Shown here one piece after another: positions 29,558 to 39,860 of a stretch of DNA of 64,000 nt. The stretch comes from a virus (lineage: Duplodnaviria > Caudoviricetes): positions 1-64,000 of IMG/VR virus record IMGVR_UViG_3300014969_000016. One strand, 5' to 3'. Each line of letters opens with the position of its first letter. Within the stretch, counting starts at the first letter, position 1. The position numbers and the translations under genes are program-made. The notes beneath the pieces are model-generated. The model did not search any database and had not been told where the DNA came from. It worked only from the letters and a program-made list of their open reading frames with translations.

Positions 29558-29674
29558 CTATTCGTCGTCGGTGAAGTCCGAGTCGGCACCGATGGTGCCG
29601 TCGTCAACCTCCAGAGTGGTGGCACCAGGCTCTTCCTTCTCGCCCTCCTCGGGGGGAGGTGCGTCGTCGCTCAC
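29558..29674 (-). CDS. Small acidic peptide
   Basis: GTG overlaps the upstream stop; (M)SDDAPPPEEGEKEE...FTDDE. Confidence 0.4.
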   Translation of the reverse strand: MSDDAPPPEEGEKEEPGATTLEVDDGTIGADSDFTDDE

Positions 29675-30036
29675 GTGGGTGCCGCGATCTCGACCTTCCA
29701 GGCCGGGATGTTCACCGTGTTGCCCGAGGTCAGCGCCTGGCTGGTGCAGGTGGTGACGTACTGCATCACCGAGGCGTTGTCGTGCAGGACGATGTGCGTC
29801 GCCGTGCCCGATGCCGAGATGCTGACACCGGACTTGGCTGCCATCGTGACCTTGCGGCCCGATGTATCGCCAGCGGCGATGGTGAAGTCGCCCGGAGCCA
29901 TGGTGGCCTCGGCCAACCTGGCGGCGGCGATGGCTGCGTAGTTCGCCGGTTGCGACGAGCACACCGCCATCCTGATTGCGTTGTCGATCACGCCGAGTGC
30001 CGCGTCGAGAACGCTGTTGTCTACTGCTTTGGCCAT
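29671..30036 (-). CDS. Small virion structural protein
   Basis: AAGGAG RBS; SASGTATH...QALTSGNTVNIPAW. Confidence 0.6.
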   Translation of the reverse strand: MAKAVDNSVLDAALGVIDNAIRMAVCSSQPANYAAIAAARLAEATMAPGDFTIAAGDTSGRKVTMAAKSGVSISASGTATHIVLHDNASVMQYVTTCTSQALTSGNTVNIPAWKVEIAAPT

Positions 30037-30046
30037 TGGTATCTCC

Positions 30047-30265
30047 TTACGGCACTATCACATAGAGAGTGTTTGGGTCGGGATTGGTGAGGGCGTCGTA
30101 CTGAGCCTGTGTCATCGACACCCATTTTGCATCTTGGCCGGGTGCTCCTGGTGGACCCGGAGGTCCGGGGACGCCAGGCAAGCCGTGGGGAGCAGTGACG
30201 CTGACCCCATTGCTGTTACCGGTGTAGACGGTGACCTGACGGCCGGGAACGGCGATGACGGTCAT
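30047..30265 (-). CDS. Short collagen-like fibre protein
   Basis: Gly-X-Y repeats plus a TQAQYDAL...DPNTLYVI tail-fibre motif. Confidence 0.65.
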   Translation of the reverse strand: MTVIAVPGRQVTVYTGNSNGVSVTAPHGLPGVPGPPGPPGAPGQDAKWVSMTQAQYDALTNPDPNTLYVIVP

Positions 30266-30993
30266 GGCACACGACCGTTGGGTCCGTACACACCAGTGGG
30301 TGTGACAATGACTGCCGTGTTGGAGGGCAGGGCATAGGGCGGTATCGGCAGCGAGTCAGTCGAGGTAACCCTGGGCACGATGTAGAAGTAGCCGTACAGC
30401 CAGGTCTTCACCTGGTCGGTGGGTGGCCAGTTCTCGTCGTGGATGTCTGGTCCAGGCGGTGGGTCGGTCAGGGTCGGGCCGTCGTAGGGGCTGACCGAGT
30501 GGAGATCCCAGGAGTACACGCCCGTGTAGCGGTTGCGCTGCCGGGGCAGGATCACTGATACCAGGGTCTGGTTGATGGTGTCCGGTGGGATGGGCGGAAT
30601 CAGTTCCGTCGTGACCACGAAGTCGTGGGTGGACAGGGCGTAGTACCGGTGGTACATCCGGGCCTGGGCCTTCCACTCCCAGGTGGACATGTCGAGCGTG
30701 GGGTCGGCGGCGTTGACGAAGTACAGCGGCACGACCACGTCATCGCCCTGGTACATGTGCAGATCCAGCCGATCCGGGTACGACTTCCAGTCTTCGTCGC
30801 TGGTGCTAGCACCGACGGCGGCCACGCCGGAGCCGACGGACCCGCCGGAAATCACCGAAGGCGGTAAGAAGGGTATGACCTGTTGATACACCGGTTCAGG
30901 TGGCATCTCGGAGGCCTCCAGGAGTAGAGAAGTGCTGGTAGCGATCCTGGACTTGGTGTCCTGACCGAACCGGGAACCGACGTACGCGCCCAT
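30262..30993 (-). CDS. Hypothetical virion protein
   Basis: DLHMYQGDD...YSWDL...TWLYG motifs; TGATG coupling. Confidence 0.55.
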   Translation of the reverse strand: MGAYVGSRFGQDTKSRIATSTSLLLEASEMPPEPVYQQVIPFLPPSVISGGSVGSGVAAVGASTSDEDWKSYPDRLDLHMYQGDDVVVPLYFVNAADPTLDMSTWEWKAQARMYHRYYALSTHDFVVTTELIPPIPPDTINQTLVSVILPRQRNRYTGVYSWDLHSVSPYDGPTLTDPPPGPDIHDENWPPTDQVKTWLYGYFYIVPRVTSTDSLPIPPYALPSNTAVIVTPTGVYGPNGRVP

Positions 30994-32561
30994 CAGGATC
31001 GGATGTAGGTGTAGATGGACAGGTTCATCGGCGTGATGTCGAAGGCGCTTCCGGCCCCCTGGTAGTCCTCGTTCGTACCGTGGTTGTGGCCAGCGATGGA
31101 GCCGGTGACGGTGTGGGTGTGGTCGCCGTCCTCATCGATCACGTGGGCGTGGTCCGAACCGTTCTCCAGAACATCGACCTCACCGATGGCGGGCATCGTC
31201 CACTGCGCCTTCTCGACTGAGTACGTGTGGTTGCGGTCGTTGAAGAGGGCATCGATCTTGTTGCGACCACCCCAGGCCACGGCGATGACCGGAGCCGGGG
31301 AGCCGAAGTTGTCCATGCCCTCATGCACGTGGGGGTGCTCGTTGACCCAGTGGATGTGCTTGCCGCTCTTGGCCATGCCGTGGATGTGCCCACCAGAACG
31401 GGAGATGCCGATGCCTGACGACAGCGCCTGGGCACCGATGGCGTCGGTGGTCACGTTGTGCTTGTGCTTGGGCATGTTCGACACCGTCAGCGTCACCTTG
31501 TTGTCTGTGCTGCCAGCGTCGGTGAACACCGGAACGTTCCACTTGGTGGTGAACGCCTTGCCCTCAGCGTTGGGCAACTTCATCGTGCGGTTGGGAGCGG
31601 TTCCCGAGCGCAGTCCCGCCAACCCCGTGAGGGTGAACAGGGTGGGGTACTGCGACTCGGTGATCGTTTGGCCCTGCAGGGGAACCCAGCCCAACGGGGT
31701 CATCACGGATGGAGGCTCCACGCTGGAGATCACAGAGCCGGTAGGCACCGCCCCCTCCAGGGTGGCGATCTCCTTCCAGCCGTTGTTCGTGCGGAGCCAG
31801 AGCTTGCCTGCGGCGTCTTGGAACAAGGTGCCGCTGTCGGCGGTGGACGGCAGCGGAGTCGCCCCGAACTGCAGGTTGGAGCCGGTGACCTGACCCGTGG
31901 CCGTGATCGGCCCGCCAGCAGTGACCGAGTTGCCCGCAGCGATGTCCTCATCAACGGCGAGGTACTTGATGATCCGCACCGTGTAGGCAGCCGAGCGGAA
32001 CAGGCTGGCGTCGCCCTTCCAGGTGAGCACGCCGCCGCCGTTCATCATGAACTCGTCGCCCGTGCCGTTGCGGTTCTGCACCAGCGGGTCGCCCACCGGG
32101 ATCTTGGTCAGCAGGGAGCGCGAGACGAACTTGCGCTTGTCCACCACGTTGTCGGATAGATTCGCCGTGCCGGTGGGGGCGTACACCGCCGCCAGCACGG
32201 TGACGTTGGTCGGCGGGTCCGGGAACACCGGATCAACCGCTGGCGTCCCGCCGATACGGACCAGGGAGCCGCCGTCGTCCACGGCAACGAGGTCGAAGCG
32301 GTCCTGGGATCCACCGACGCCGACGTTGACCGTCTGACCAGACGAGACGATGACGAGCTTGCCGTTGACGATGGCCAGGCCACCGAGCGAGCACTGGGCC
32401 GTCGATCCAGTGACGGTGATGAGACAGCCTTCGATCACGCCCCAGCGGGCGTGGGCCATCGTGTTGAAGTCGATCCGATCTGGCTCAGACATCCGGGGGT
32501 TCGTGACATCCGCCGCATTGGGGATGAGGAACCCGTCATGGGTCAGTGATGGCCGAGTCAT
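30993..32561 (-). CDS. Tail fibre with tail-collar domain and HxH motifs
   Basis: VPTGSV...GW...GQ...QYPTLF...LPN collar motif; MPKHKH, HIH, HTH, HNH. Confidence 0.75.
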   Translation of the reverse strand: MTRPSLTHDGFLIPNAADVTNPRMSEPDRIDFNTMAHARWGVIEGCLITVTGSTAQCSLGGLAIVNGKLVIVSSGQTVNVGVGGSQDRFDLVAVDDGGSLVRIGGTPAVDPVFPDPPTNVTVLAAVYAPTGTANLSDNVVDKRKFVSRSLLTKIPVGDPLVQNRNGTGDEFMMNGGGVLTWKGDASLFRSAAYTVRIIKYLAVDEDIAAGNSVTAGGPITATGQVTGSNLQFGATPLPSTADSGTLFQDAAGKLWLRTNNGWKEIATLEGAVPTGSVISSVEPPSVMTPLGWVPLQGQTITESQYPTLFTLTGLAGLRSGTAPNRTMKLPNAEGKAFTTKWNVPVFTDAGSTDNKVTLTVSNMPKHKHNVTTDAIGAQALSSGIGISRSGGHIHGMAKSGKHIHWVNEHPHVHEGMDNFGSPAPVIAVAWGGRNKIDALFNDRNHTYSVEKAQWTMPAIGEVDVLENGSDHAHVIDEDGDHTHTVTGSIAGHNHGTNEDYQGAGSAFDITPMNLSIYTYIRS

Positions 32562-32573
32562 TGTCGGCTGCTC

Positions 32574-32906
32574 CTATCCGCGATGGTGGATGTACCCCAG
32601 GTTGTTGAGATAACGAGCGATCTCGACAGGGATGCGGTACCGCTTGCCCGCCTCCAGGCGGTACGTGTAGTGCGGGTTCCCGTACGTGAACTCTTCGATG
32701 GTTTCGGCCATCCGGATCTCCACGTATCCCTTGCTGTCCACAGCAGAGGTCGGCCTGTCCTCCAGCGGTTCGACTTCGATCTCACGATGCCGGGGCTGGT
32801 TGGTCTGAAACCCGAGGTCTGACGGACGGGTGACCTCGCTCAGGGCGGGGTCCATGTCCGGATCGATCTCGACTTCGGCCTCTTGCTGCTGTCTCGTCGT
32901 TGCCAC
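32574..32906 (-). CDS. Hypothetical head-associated protein
   Basis: AAGGAG RBS; downstream of the capsid genes. Confidence 0.55.
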   Translation of the reverse strand: MATTRQQQEAEVEIDPDMDPALSEVTRPSDLGFQTNQPRHREIEVEPLEDRPTSAVDSKGYVEIRMAETIEEFTYGNPHYTYRLEAGKRYRIPVEIARYLNNLGYIHHRG

Positions 32907-32946
32907 GATGGTGTTCTCCTTGATATCCCGGTATGAGATTACGTGA

Positions 32947-33891
32947 TCAGGCCGAAGCGAGATCCTCTAGCTGTGCGATCAGCGTGGACCGGTTCTTGCC
33001 CGCTTCCTCGGCGGCGATCAGGTCTTCGACTTGGTCGGGGTTGGCCTCGGCGTACTCCACGACATCGGCCACCGAGTAGTCGGCCGGGTCGTAGGGCACC
33101 TGGGAGTCCAGCCACGACAGCAGGGATGAACGGGCCTTGCCCGCCAACTCGGCGTCGTAGATGGCTCCGGCCTCGTCGGGGTGTTCAGCGACGAACTCCT
33201 GCACCTCGGCCACGCTGTGGGCAGCCGGGTCGTAGCCGACAGCGATGTCGTCGGATGACTCATTTCCACCTTCTCTTCCTGCTGACAACAGGCCAGCCGA
33301 GGGGCCGGTGCCCGTCGCCACCGGAACGGTGACGGTGTAAACGCCAGCGGCCGGGTACTGCGCCGAATCCGACGTGACCGTGCCTCCCGACGCCGCCGAC
33401 GTGACATCGGCTCCTGTGCAGGGGAAGGTGAACGTGGTGCCCGAGGGCGTGCTGGCGATGGTGAACGTCCCGTTGAAGGGAGCGACCATGCCGGTGATGA
33501 CCACCGACTGGCCGACCTTGAAGCCGTGCGTGGCTGACGTAGTGAGGGTGGCGACGTTGGATGCCAGCGCCTTGTTCGACACGGTGCGTGGCACATTGGT
33601 GACAGTCAGCGTGGCCGTCTTGGTGGGCTGGGTCGGCCGGGTGGGATCACCGAAGGTGGTGCCGACAGCGGCGTAGGTGACCTCGGTCGGATCAGCCTTC
33701 ACCTGTGGCGTGGGAGTGCCGTCAGGCGGGAAGGCCCAGGAGAAGTCCTGGTCGGGTCGGGTGGTGCTCTGGTCGAGCTTGTAGTCCCACTTCAGCCCAT
33801 TGGTCGAGTTGACCGTGGCCATGACTGGCCCGGACTCCTGAACGCCTCGCGATCCCCAGGTGTTGGGTCCGTGGACGGCAACGATGCTCAT
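32947..33891 (-). CDS. Head decoration-like protein
   Basis: Follows the MCP; beta-rich domain (HGFKVGQSVVITG) and two YDP...V.EV..E.AGK.RS.L repeats. Confidence 0.55.
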   Translation of the reverse strand: MSIVAVHGPNTWGSRGVQESGPVMATVNSTNGLKWDYKLDQSTTRPDQDFSWAFPPDGTPTPQVKADPTEVTYAAVGTTFGDPTRPTQPTKTATLTVTNVPRTVSNKALASNVATLTTSATHGFKVGQSVVITGMVAPFNGTFTIASTPSGTTFTFPCTGADVTSAASGGTVTSDSAQYPAAGVYTVTVPVATGTGPSAGLLSAGREGGNESSDDIAVGYDPAAHSVAEVQEFVAEHPDEAGAIYDAELAGKARSSLLSWLDSQVPYDPADYSVADVVEYAEANPDQVEDLIAAEEAGKNRSTLIAQLEDLASA

Positions 33892-33913
33892 GTGATACCT
33901 CCGTATCGACAGC

Positions 33914-33943
33914 GTGGGAGAGGGGTTTGACCCCCTCTCCCAC
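33914..33943 (-). terminator. Stem-loop downstream of the major capsid gene
   Basis: 12-bp GTGGGAGAGGGG/CCCCTCTCCCAC inverted repeat. Confidence 0.55.
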
Positions 33944-33959
33944 TCACGCTGCGTTGGGC

Positions 33960-35303
33960 CTAGTTGGTGATGATCTTGACGACCGACGAGTCGGTGATGA
34001 CTCCCCAGCCCCAGATGCTGTACCAGGCCAGAGCGTGCTCACGACCGAAGTCGAGCACGCCGCCGTCACGGAGTTCGACCGGCAGCGAGATGGCGTGGCC
34101 GAAGGCGTTGTCGCCCAGCATGATCGCCTCGTAGATGCCGTTCGACGGACCCCACGGCTCGCCCCAGCCAGGCAGCGCCGTCTCACCTGTGGGCAAGTCG
34201 TCCAGCGCAGCCGGGTCAGCGATATCGGGGTAGGGCGACGGGTCGGCAGCACCTTGAATGTCGCCACCGGTCACGCCGAGGGCGTTGCCACGCCAGTCCG
34301 GGTTGAACGGGTTGACCGAGGTGAGGTTCCCACCAGGGAGTTGTGGCCACAGGTCGGTGGCATCCACCGTGCCAGCGAGCGGGCTGGACACCTGCGTCGT
34401 CTCGATGAAGACCACGTCGTCCAGTCGGCCGACCTCTCCGAGCATGAAGTTGCCCGGTGCGGCATACTTGGTTACCTCGATCCATTCCGGAGTATCGCGC
34501 AGGCGACGACTCTGGTGTGGATGGATGAAACACACGTATGTTTCACCGAGGCGGGGGACGTTCTTGGTGGCCAGCACCTCGACGGCGTCCTTCACCGAGT
34601 ACGGCGTGAGCCAGAAGTTGTCGTCCAGCGCCGGGGTGCCCGCAGAGGTCGTGACCTGGGCGAGGCCGGTGGCGGGGGTGCCGCCCTCGTACACGCCGTA
34701 GCCGACGTTGATGGCGGTCGGCTTGGCGTAGCCGAAGACCACCGACGTGGAGCGGGAGAGCGTCTGGCGAGCCTGGGAGTCCATGTACAGCGCCATGTTC
34801 CGGCCGAGCAGCCGGGACGACGACGCCATGATGTCATCGAAGCTGGCATTCAGCAGGAGTTCGGATACGGCGACGGCGAAGCCTTGCTCCTGCACCGTGA
34901 TCGCGTACTGGTTCGCCGTGATCGCGTGGGTCTTCATCCGCACGCCTTCGATCAGCGGACCCGAGGGCATCGGGAGATTGTTGTATCGCATGAAGTTCAC
35001 GGTCAATCCCGGCATCGTGCCGAGTTCCGTCTTCTTTACTGCGAATTGTTCGAACCGGAGTACCGGCATCGACTGGAACAGGATCTCCTTCGACCAGATC
35101 GTCTGGATCGCTGGACCCAGCATTGTCGATCCGGTCGCCACTGATCCCGAGTAGCCGACCGCCGTGTTGTCGAGGGTTGCCGTTCCACGATAGCCAACCG
35201 GCATGTCGTAGTTGGAGTATGGGCCTCCGGTCGCGAGCCTCGTTGTACCGGCGATACCGGATACGACAGGAAGTTCGCCACCGAGGCTGCCACCTGCTGG
35301 CAT
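33960..35303 (-). CDS. Major capsid protein (N4-gp56-like family)
   Basis: WSKEILFQSMPVLRFEQFA, IHPHQ...LR, GEVGRLDDVVFIETT, DFGREHALAWY. Confidence 0.9.
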   Translation of the reverse strand: MPAGGSLGGELPVVSGIAGTTRLATGGPYSNYDMPVGYRGTATLDNTAVGYSGSVATGSTMLGPAIQTIWSKEILFQSMPVLRFEQFAVKKTELGTMPGLTVNFMRYNNLPMPSGPLIEGVRMKTHAITANQYAITVQEQGFAVAVSELLLNASFDDIMASSSRLLGRNMALYMDSQARQTLSRSTSVVFGYAKPTAINVGYGVYEGGTPATGLAQVTTSAGTPALDDNFWLTPYSVKDAVEVLATKNVPRLGETYVCFIHPHQSRRLRDTPEWIEVTKYAAPGNFMLGEVGRLDDVVFIETTQVSSPLAGTVDATDLWPQLPGGNLTSVNPFNPDWRGNALGVTGGDIQGAADPSPYPDIADPAALDDLPTGETALPGWGEPWGPSNGIYEAIMLGDNAFGHAISLPVELRDGGVLDFGREHALAWYSIWGWGVITDSSVVKIITN

Positions 35304-35371
35304 GGTGATCTCCTTCTGGAGCGTGGGGACGACGGGCGCCCCCTATGTGGGGTGATGTGTTACCCGTGTGA

Positions 35372-36193
35372 TCAGCCCAGTCGGCGTGACTGGCTGGTCG
35401 CCTGAAGGAGTTGATTCCTGTACTTCTTGTACGTTTCCATGTCCATGCCACGAATGTCTTCGGGCGTCAACGATTCATACGACGGCAATTGCTCCATTGG
35501 ACCAACAGGTGGGGCCGTGGGTGCGGCCCCTCTCGGTGCGAACGGAACCTGCGGTGGTTCCACGGCTGCGAAGTTGGCGAGGACAGAAGCTGTGCGCTCC
35601 TTCATCACCTCGATTGAGTGGTCGATCTCCTCGGGGGTGGCCCCTTGGATGAAGTCACGAAGTTCAGGAAGGATGTCGTTCGCTTCCTGAGCGATCCGGT
35701 CACGACGGTACAACTCGGCCTCTTGTAGCTGGCGCTCCTTCGCGAACACCTCACGGTCGGCGTTGTACCGCCCCTCCAGAGTGGCCAGTTGGCTGTTCCA
35801 CTCCTGCTCCCGCTTCTCCAGAAGCTCCCGAACGCCAAGTTCGGTTTCCTCCTGGGCCTTCTGCGCGTTGGCTGCCTCCTGGGCAAGCCGTTCACGTTCG
35901 GCCTTCTCGGCCTCACGCTCTTGGCGCAACTGCTTGAGTTGCTCCGACATTTCCTCCAACCGGGGATAGAGCTTGTCCTTCTCCTGCTTGCGGGCGTTCT
36001 CCACGTCTTCGTCGGTCCACCGGTAGGCGGGCCGCTCTTCGGGAGGCGGCTGTTGGCGGGAGGGTGTGGGCTGGCTCACGGCCTGATCAGGCCGGGTCTG
36101 CTGGTAATCGACGGCGTAGCGCGGCTGAGCCGGATCGACGCCGACGAGTAGTCCCTGACCCGTCTCTGAGATGTTCCCCTGCGTGTTCGACAT
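35372..36193 (-). CDS. Capsid scaffolding protein
   Basis: Between portal and MCP; coiled-coil, EKDKLY motif. Confidence 0.8.
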   Translation of the reverse strand: MSNTQGNISETGQGLLVGVDPAQPRYAVDYQQTRPDQAVSQPTPSRQQPPPEERPAYRWTDEDVENARKQEKDKLYPRLEEMSEQLKQLRQEREAEKAERERLAQEAANAQKAQEETELGVRELLEKREQEWNSQLATLEGRYNADREVFAKERQLQEAELYRRDRIAQEANDILPELRDFIQGATPEEIDHSIEVMKERTASVLANFAAVEPPQVPFAPRGAAPTAPPVGPMEQLPSYESLTPEDIRGMDMETYKKYRNQLLQATSQSRRLG

Positions 36194-36290
36194 GTGTTCC
36201 CTCGGGTTGTCCCTGTGTTTCAGTTGGTATTTCTAGCACGGATGCCGCTGATATACGAGTATCTCATCGCTAAGGGACGTATCAGCGTCA

Positions 36291-37949
36291 TCACGTCTGG
36301 TCATCCGACTCAAAGTCGGCTAGCTGTGGCGGCATGCCGCCGTACGCCAGGAACTGAAGCTCCTGGGCGATCTCGGGGTTGATCGGTGGCTGGGCGATCT
36401 GTGGGTTGCCCTCGGCATCGGCCCCCATCATCGGTGTGCCATCGGGCATCATGCCGGTAGCAGCCATGTTGAAGGCGGCGATCTGGTTCTGGACGAGGGT
36501 GAGGGCGCCCGCCTCCTTGGCATCCTCCATGACCTCTTCGAAGATCTCCCTGATCTTCTGGTCGGGGAACTGTGTGCCCAGGTCACGCAGGGCGCCACGC
36601 CTGGATTCAAGCTGCATCGCCATCAGCGCCTGGATCTCGTTGATCTTGAGCAGCCGGTCGATGGGCATCGGGCTGGGCCAGTCCACGTACGTGCGGTAGC
36701 TGACCGCCAACGTCGGGTCCAGTTGCTGCATCTGGTCGGCCTTGAGGTACGTGGAGGACCGCACCGGGTCGTACATCGTCAACTCGGGGGCGAAGACGAA
36801 GGCGTGGCGGATGATCAACTCGTTGACCCGTTCGAACAGCCGGGTGTAGTTGACCTTCTTGCGGTCGTGCTTCAGCATCAGCGGCTGGTACTGGATCGAC
36901 AACGCCACGCCCGACGTGTTGGAGATCGGCTGCATCGTGCCGAGAGCAGTCGCTGGTACCCCGGTTAGCTCATGCATCGCCTGCTTCAGCAACTCCATGT
37001 AGCCCAGTGGCCCAGTGAAGTTGGTCTGTAGCTCCAACTGCTGGATCTTGGCGTCCTTGTTGGTGACGGCCCACACCTTGCGCGGACCCTTCTCCAGGTT
37101 CGACGCCTTGGCTCCTGTTATGACAGTGACCGGGCTGGCGTGGTAGTTGATGATGTCCGAGATCTCCGTGGCCTTCTCGTTGTACTCACGGTTCAGCGGG
37201 ATGATGTCGATGATGTCTGCCAGACCCCATGGGCTGGAGGCCACTGTGATATTGGGGCAGAAGGCGACTGCTATCTCACCAATCGGGTTGGGCCGAGAGT
37301 CGATCATCTCGTCGTTGATGTACTCTTCGATCATGTCCTCCGTCATCAACTCGACGTAGGTCATGACCTGGCGTGTTCCGTCGCTGGCGGTCCCGAAGAA
37401 CTTGTACTTGGTCTTGAACCGGATCATGCGGGAGCGGTCGTGCGGATGCCACTCCGGGAAGCAGAAGGCCGGGTTGATAGGAAGGATCCTGATGCGGCCC
37501 TCTTGCGGGACACCGGCCGGGTCAACGTATGGTGGCTCGTATGCCACCTTCACGAAGCAGTCGCCGCTCACCGAGCCAAGCTGCGCTAGCTCCATCAACA
37601 CCTGTTGCTTGTTGTTATGAACTTCCCACACTTCCTTGAGCGTGTAGGGCGTGATCGCAGCGGTCGCTTCCGGGCTGTAGAAGTTGACGCCCTTGGTGAA
37701 GGAGAAGTTGACCAGGTAGTCGGAGAAGGCCTTGACCCAGTTGAAGGTGAGTTGTGGCTCCCCGATCTCGCGCTTGTACGCCCAGTGGTGCCCGAGGTAC
37801 CACGCCCAGTTCGACGCGTAGCGGTTCATACGTGGGCCGTGGACTTCGAACTCCTCGTCGGCAAGCTCCACAAGCCCCAGCGGTGATATCGCAACGGTGA
37901 GGTCAGATGCCGCCGCCCGATAGCTGGGTGCGTTGAAGGCGACGGTCAT
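36291..37949 (-). CDS. Portal protein
   Basis: 552 aa; GSVSGDCFVKV, WGLADI, MHELTGVP...SNTSGVAL. Confidence 0.9.
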   Translation of the reverse strand: MTVAFNAPSYRAAASDLTVAISPLGLVELADEEFEVHGPRMNRYASNWAWYLGHHWAYKREIGEPQLTFNWVKAFSDYLVNFSFTKGVNFYSPEATAAITPYTLKEVWEVHNNKQQVLMELAQLGSVSGDCFVKVAYEPPYVDPAGVPQEGRIRILPINPAFCFPEWHPHDRSRMIRFKTKYKFFGTASDGTRQVMTYVELMTEDMIEEYINDEMIDSRPNPIGEIAVAFCPNITVASSPWGLADIIDIIPLNREYNEKATEISDIINYHASPVTVITGAKASNLEKGPRKVWAVTNKDAKIQQLELQTNFTGPLGYMELLKQAMHELTGVPATALGTMQPISNTSGVALSIQYQPLMLKHDRKKVNYTRLFERVNELIIRHAFVFAPELTMYDPVRSSTYLKADQMQQLDPTLAVSYRTYVDWPSPMPIDRLLKINEIQALMAMQLESRRGALRDLGTQFPDQKIREIFEEVMEDAKEAGALTLVQNQIAAFNMAATGMMPDGTPMMGADAEGNPQIAQPPINPEIAQELQFLAYGGMPPQLADFESDDQT

Positions 37950-38122
37950 ACACGCCTACCGTACTGGCTATCCCAGTGGGGTTGCTGTTGCTGCTGCTGA
38001 GTCATGTAGGCGTCGTTCTCGTCGCGCTCTTGGCGGCTGGTCGTCACCTTGCCGCCCTGGTGCCGGTGCCCGTAGTCAGCAGGGTTGAACAGTTGCGGGT
38101 GAAGGTGGTCGGTTGCTGCCAT
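37946..38122 (-). CDS. Small protein with N-terminal MAATDHLHPQLF tag
   Basis: Manual translation (58 aa); start and stop both overlap the neighbouring genes. Confidence 0.65.
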   Translation of the reverse strand: MAATDHLHPQLFNPADYGHRHQGGKVTTSRQERDENDAYMTQQQQQQPHWDSQYGRRV

Positions 38123-38502
38123 CAGGGGAACGACGGAAATCTGTTGGTGGTCACGGGCTGCTGAGGTTCCGGGGTGCTGCGCTTGGTGTAGTCCCGGTAC
38201 TGCACCGGGACATAGCTGCGGGGATTGGCGGTGTATGCCGCCATGATGCGATGGTGCCCGGAGACGATCTTCTGCTCGCCGCCTTCGTGGATCCCGAGCG
38301 TCACCGGGTACTCGACACCACGCTTGGCCACGTCGGCAGCCAGACCGTCAGCGGCGTTGTCCTTGCGCTTGGAAGTCCACATCTGGTCGTGTGACTTCCA
38401 CCCGGCCGGGTGGCTGGGATCAACATCGGCCGATCTGTAGTCCTGCAGTAGCTCCCGTGCTGTCATGAACAGCTTGCCCTGGAGGTGATCGGTGGCAGCC
38501 AT
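38122..38502 (-). CDS. ParB/sulfiredoxin-like N-terminal domain protein
   Basis: LAADVAKRGVEYPV...IVSGHHRIMAA. Confidence 0.7.
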   Translation of the reverse strand: MAATDHLQGKLFMTARELLQDYRSADVDPSHPAGWKSHDQMWTSKRKDNAADGLAADVAKRGVEYPVTLGIHEGGEQKIVSGHHRIMAAYTANPRSYVPVQYRDYTKRSTPEPQQPVTTNRFPSFP

Positions 38503-39344
38503 CAGAACAGGGTTCCCTGGTTCGGATCGTGCCTGGACTCCTGGTGGCCAGCGTGGAACTCTTCGGTGCGATCACGTGGGTGCAGTTCGGACAGCAGCGG
38601 TTCGTGGGCACTCTCGGTGATGGCCCCCCACTTCTCCAGGCCCGCCGCCGCACCGATCCGGTTCACATCCTTCTCACCGAAGTCGATGGCCTCGCCCAGG
38701 CTCATGCTCGACCTCAGCAAGTCCCACTTGGGGGTGTAGCCGATGTGCCTGCCGGTCTGCTGGTTCTCAATGGCGTGGACGTTGTCGAACATCGTCTGCT
38801 GAACGTGGGGCAGGATGGCCTGCTCGTCATCCAGCCGTCGAAACTCCGGGGTGCCGTGGACAGCATGGTGGACCAGATCGACGTAGTTGTTGTTGCCACG
38901 TGATTCGATGGTCGGCTCCCGGCCGGTGGGTTCATACTCATGTACGCCAGCCGGGGCGACGGCATGGTCACGCACCGTGGCTCCAGGCCGCAGACGCACC
39001 TCGGCCTCCATGTCCAGCCCCCACTGTGACTTGCCTGTCTTGAACTTGCCCTCTGAGTCCGTGTAATGCGAGCGGATGTTGCCGCCCTTCCACTCGCCCT
39101 CGGTGATGACCTGATCGCGAGACACGGTGGCCCGGTGGACGAAGCGGTCGTCGCCAGATCCACCAAGGCCGGTGTAGTGCGAGACGTTCTCGTCGGTTGA
39201 CCAGTGGATACCGAGCGAACCGCCAGGGTCACCCTTCTGCATGCGGTAGACCGTCATGCTCTCGGGCGGATTCTTGGCCATCTCCTTGAACTGCTCCTTG
39301 CGGAGGTTGCTGGCCCGGTACTCCTCGTCGGACATGCGCTCCAT
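38502..39344 (-). CDS. ADP-ribosyltransferase-like protein (R-S-E type motifs)
   Basis: TVYR...IHWSTD...EAEVRL pattern. Confidence 0.55.
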   Translation of the reverse strand: MERMSDEEYRASNLRKEQFKEMAKNPPESMTVYRMQKGDPGGSLGIHWSTDENVSHYTGLGGSGDDRFVHRATVSRDQVITEGEWKGGNIRSHYTDSEGKFKTGKSQWGLDMEAEVRLRPGATVRDHAVAPAGVHEYEPTGREPTIESRGNNNYVDLVHHAVHGTPEFRRLDDEQAILPHVQQTMFDNVHAIENQQTGRHIGYTPKWDLLRSSMSLGEAIDFGEKDVNRIGAAAGLEKWGAITESAHEPLLSELHPRDRTEEFHAGHQESRHDPNQGTLF

Positions 39345-39562
39345 CAGAACGTCGGCTTTGAGTAGGGCGACTTCATACGCATGTAGCTGCGGTACTGGTT
39401 CTTCTGCGGATTGCGCTGGTAGAACGCCGGGAACTGCTTGCTGGACATGGGCGGGAACGGATCGTTGACCGGGCGTGTGTCATGTTTCGCAGCGGCCAGC
39501 GTGACGTGATGACGCGACGCCTGGCGGCGGGGGCGACTCTCCCCCCGATACTCACTAGCCAC
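39344..39562 (-). CDS. Small basic hypothetical protein
   Basis: GTG start overlapping the upstream gene; stop overlaps the next ATG. Confidence 0.5.
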   Translation of the reverse strand: MASEYRGESRPRRQASRHHVTLAAAKHDTRPVNDPFPPMSSKQFPAFYQRNPQKNQYRSYMRMKSPYSKPTF

Positions 39563-39845
39563 GGAACCCCGGAGCGCCCTTGACGTGATAGCCCCGGCCG
39601 CTCTCGTTCTTCTCCAGCGCCGGTCCCTTGCCGAAGTCACCTCCACCACCAGGGCGGTACGAACCAACCACCCGTCCTGTTGACCACTTGCCGGAACTTT
39701 CCGTGGTGACGCCAGTACCAGGCTCATCGAACAACATGTCTTGGGAGATAAGGCCAGATAGCTGCGTGCTCTTGCCCACCTTCCGCTTGGGGTGGTTGGC
39801 CTTGTCCGGGGCCAACCTGCCATCGTCTCGGTGTCCACTAGCCAT
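39555..39845 (-). CDS. Hypothetical protein
   Basis: GGAGG RBS, 96 aa. Confidence 0.6.
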   Translation of the reverse strand: MASGHRDDGRLAPDKANHPKRKVGKSTQLSGLISQDMLFDEPGTGVTTESSGKWSTGRVVGSYRPGGGGDFGKGPALEKNESGRGYHVKGAPGFRG

Positions 39846-39860
39846 TGTGATACCTCCGTA

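Noticed and set aside
23849-32561. Diversity-generating retroelement acting on the fibres
   Set aside because: No reverse transcriptase and no template/variable repeat pair differing at adenines was seen.
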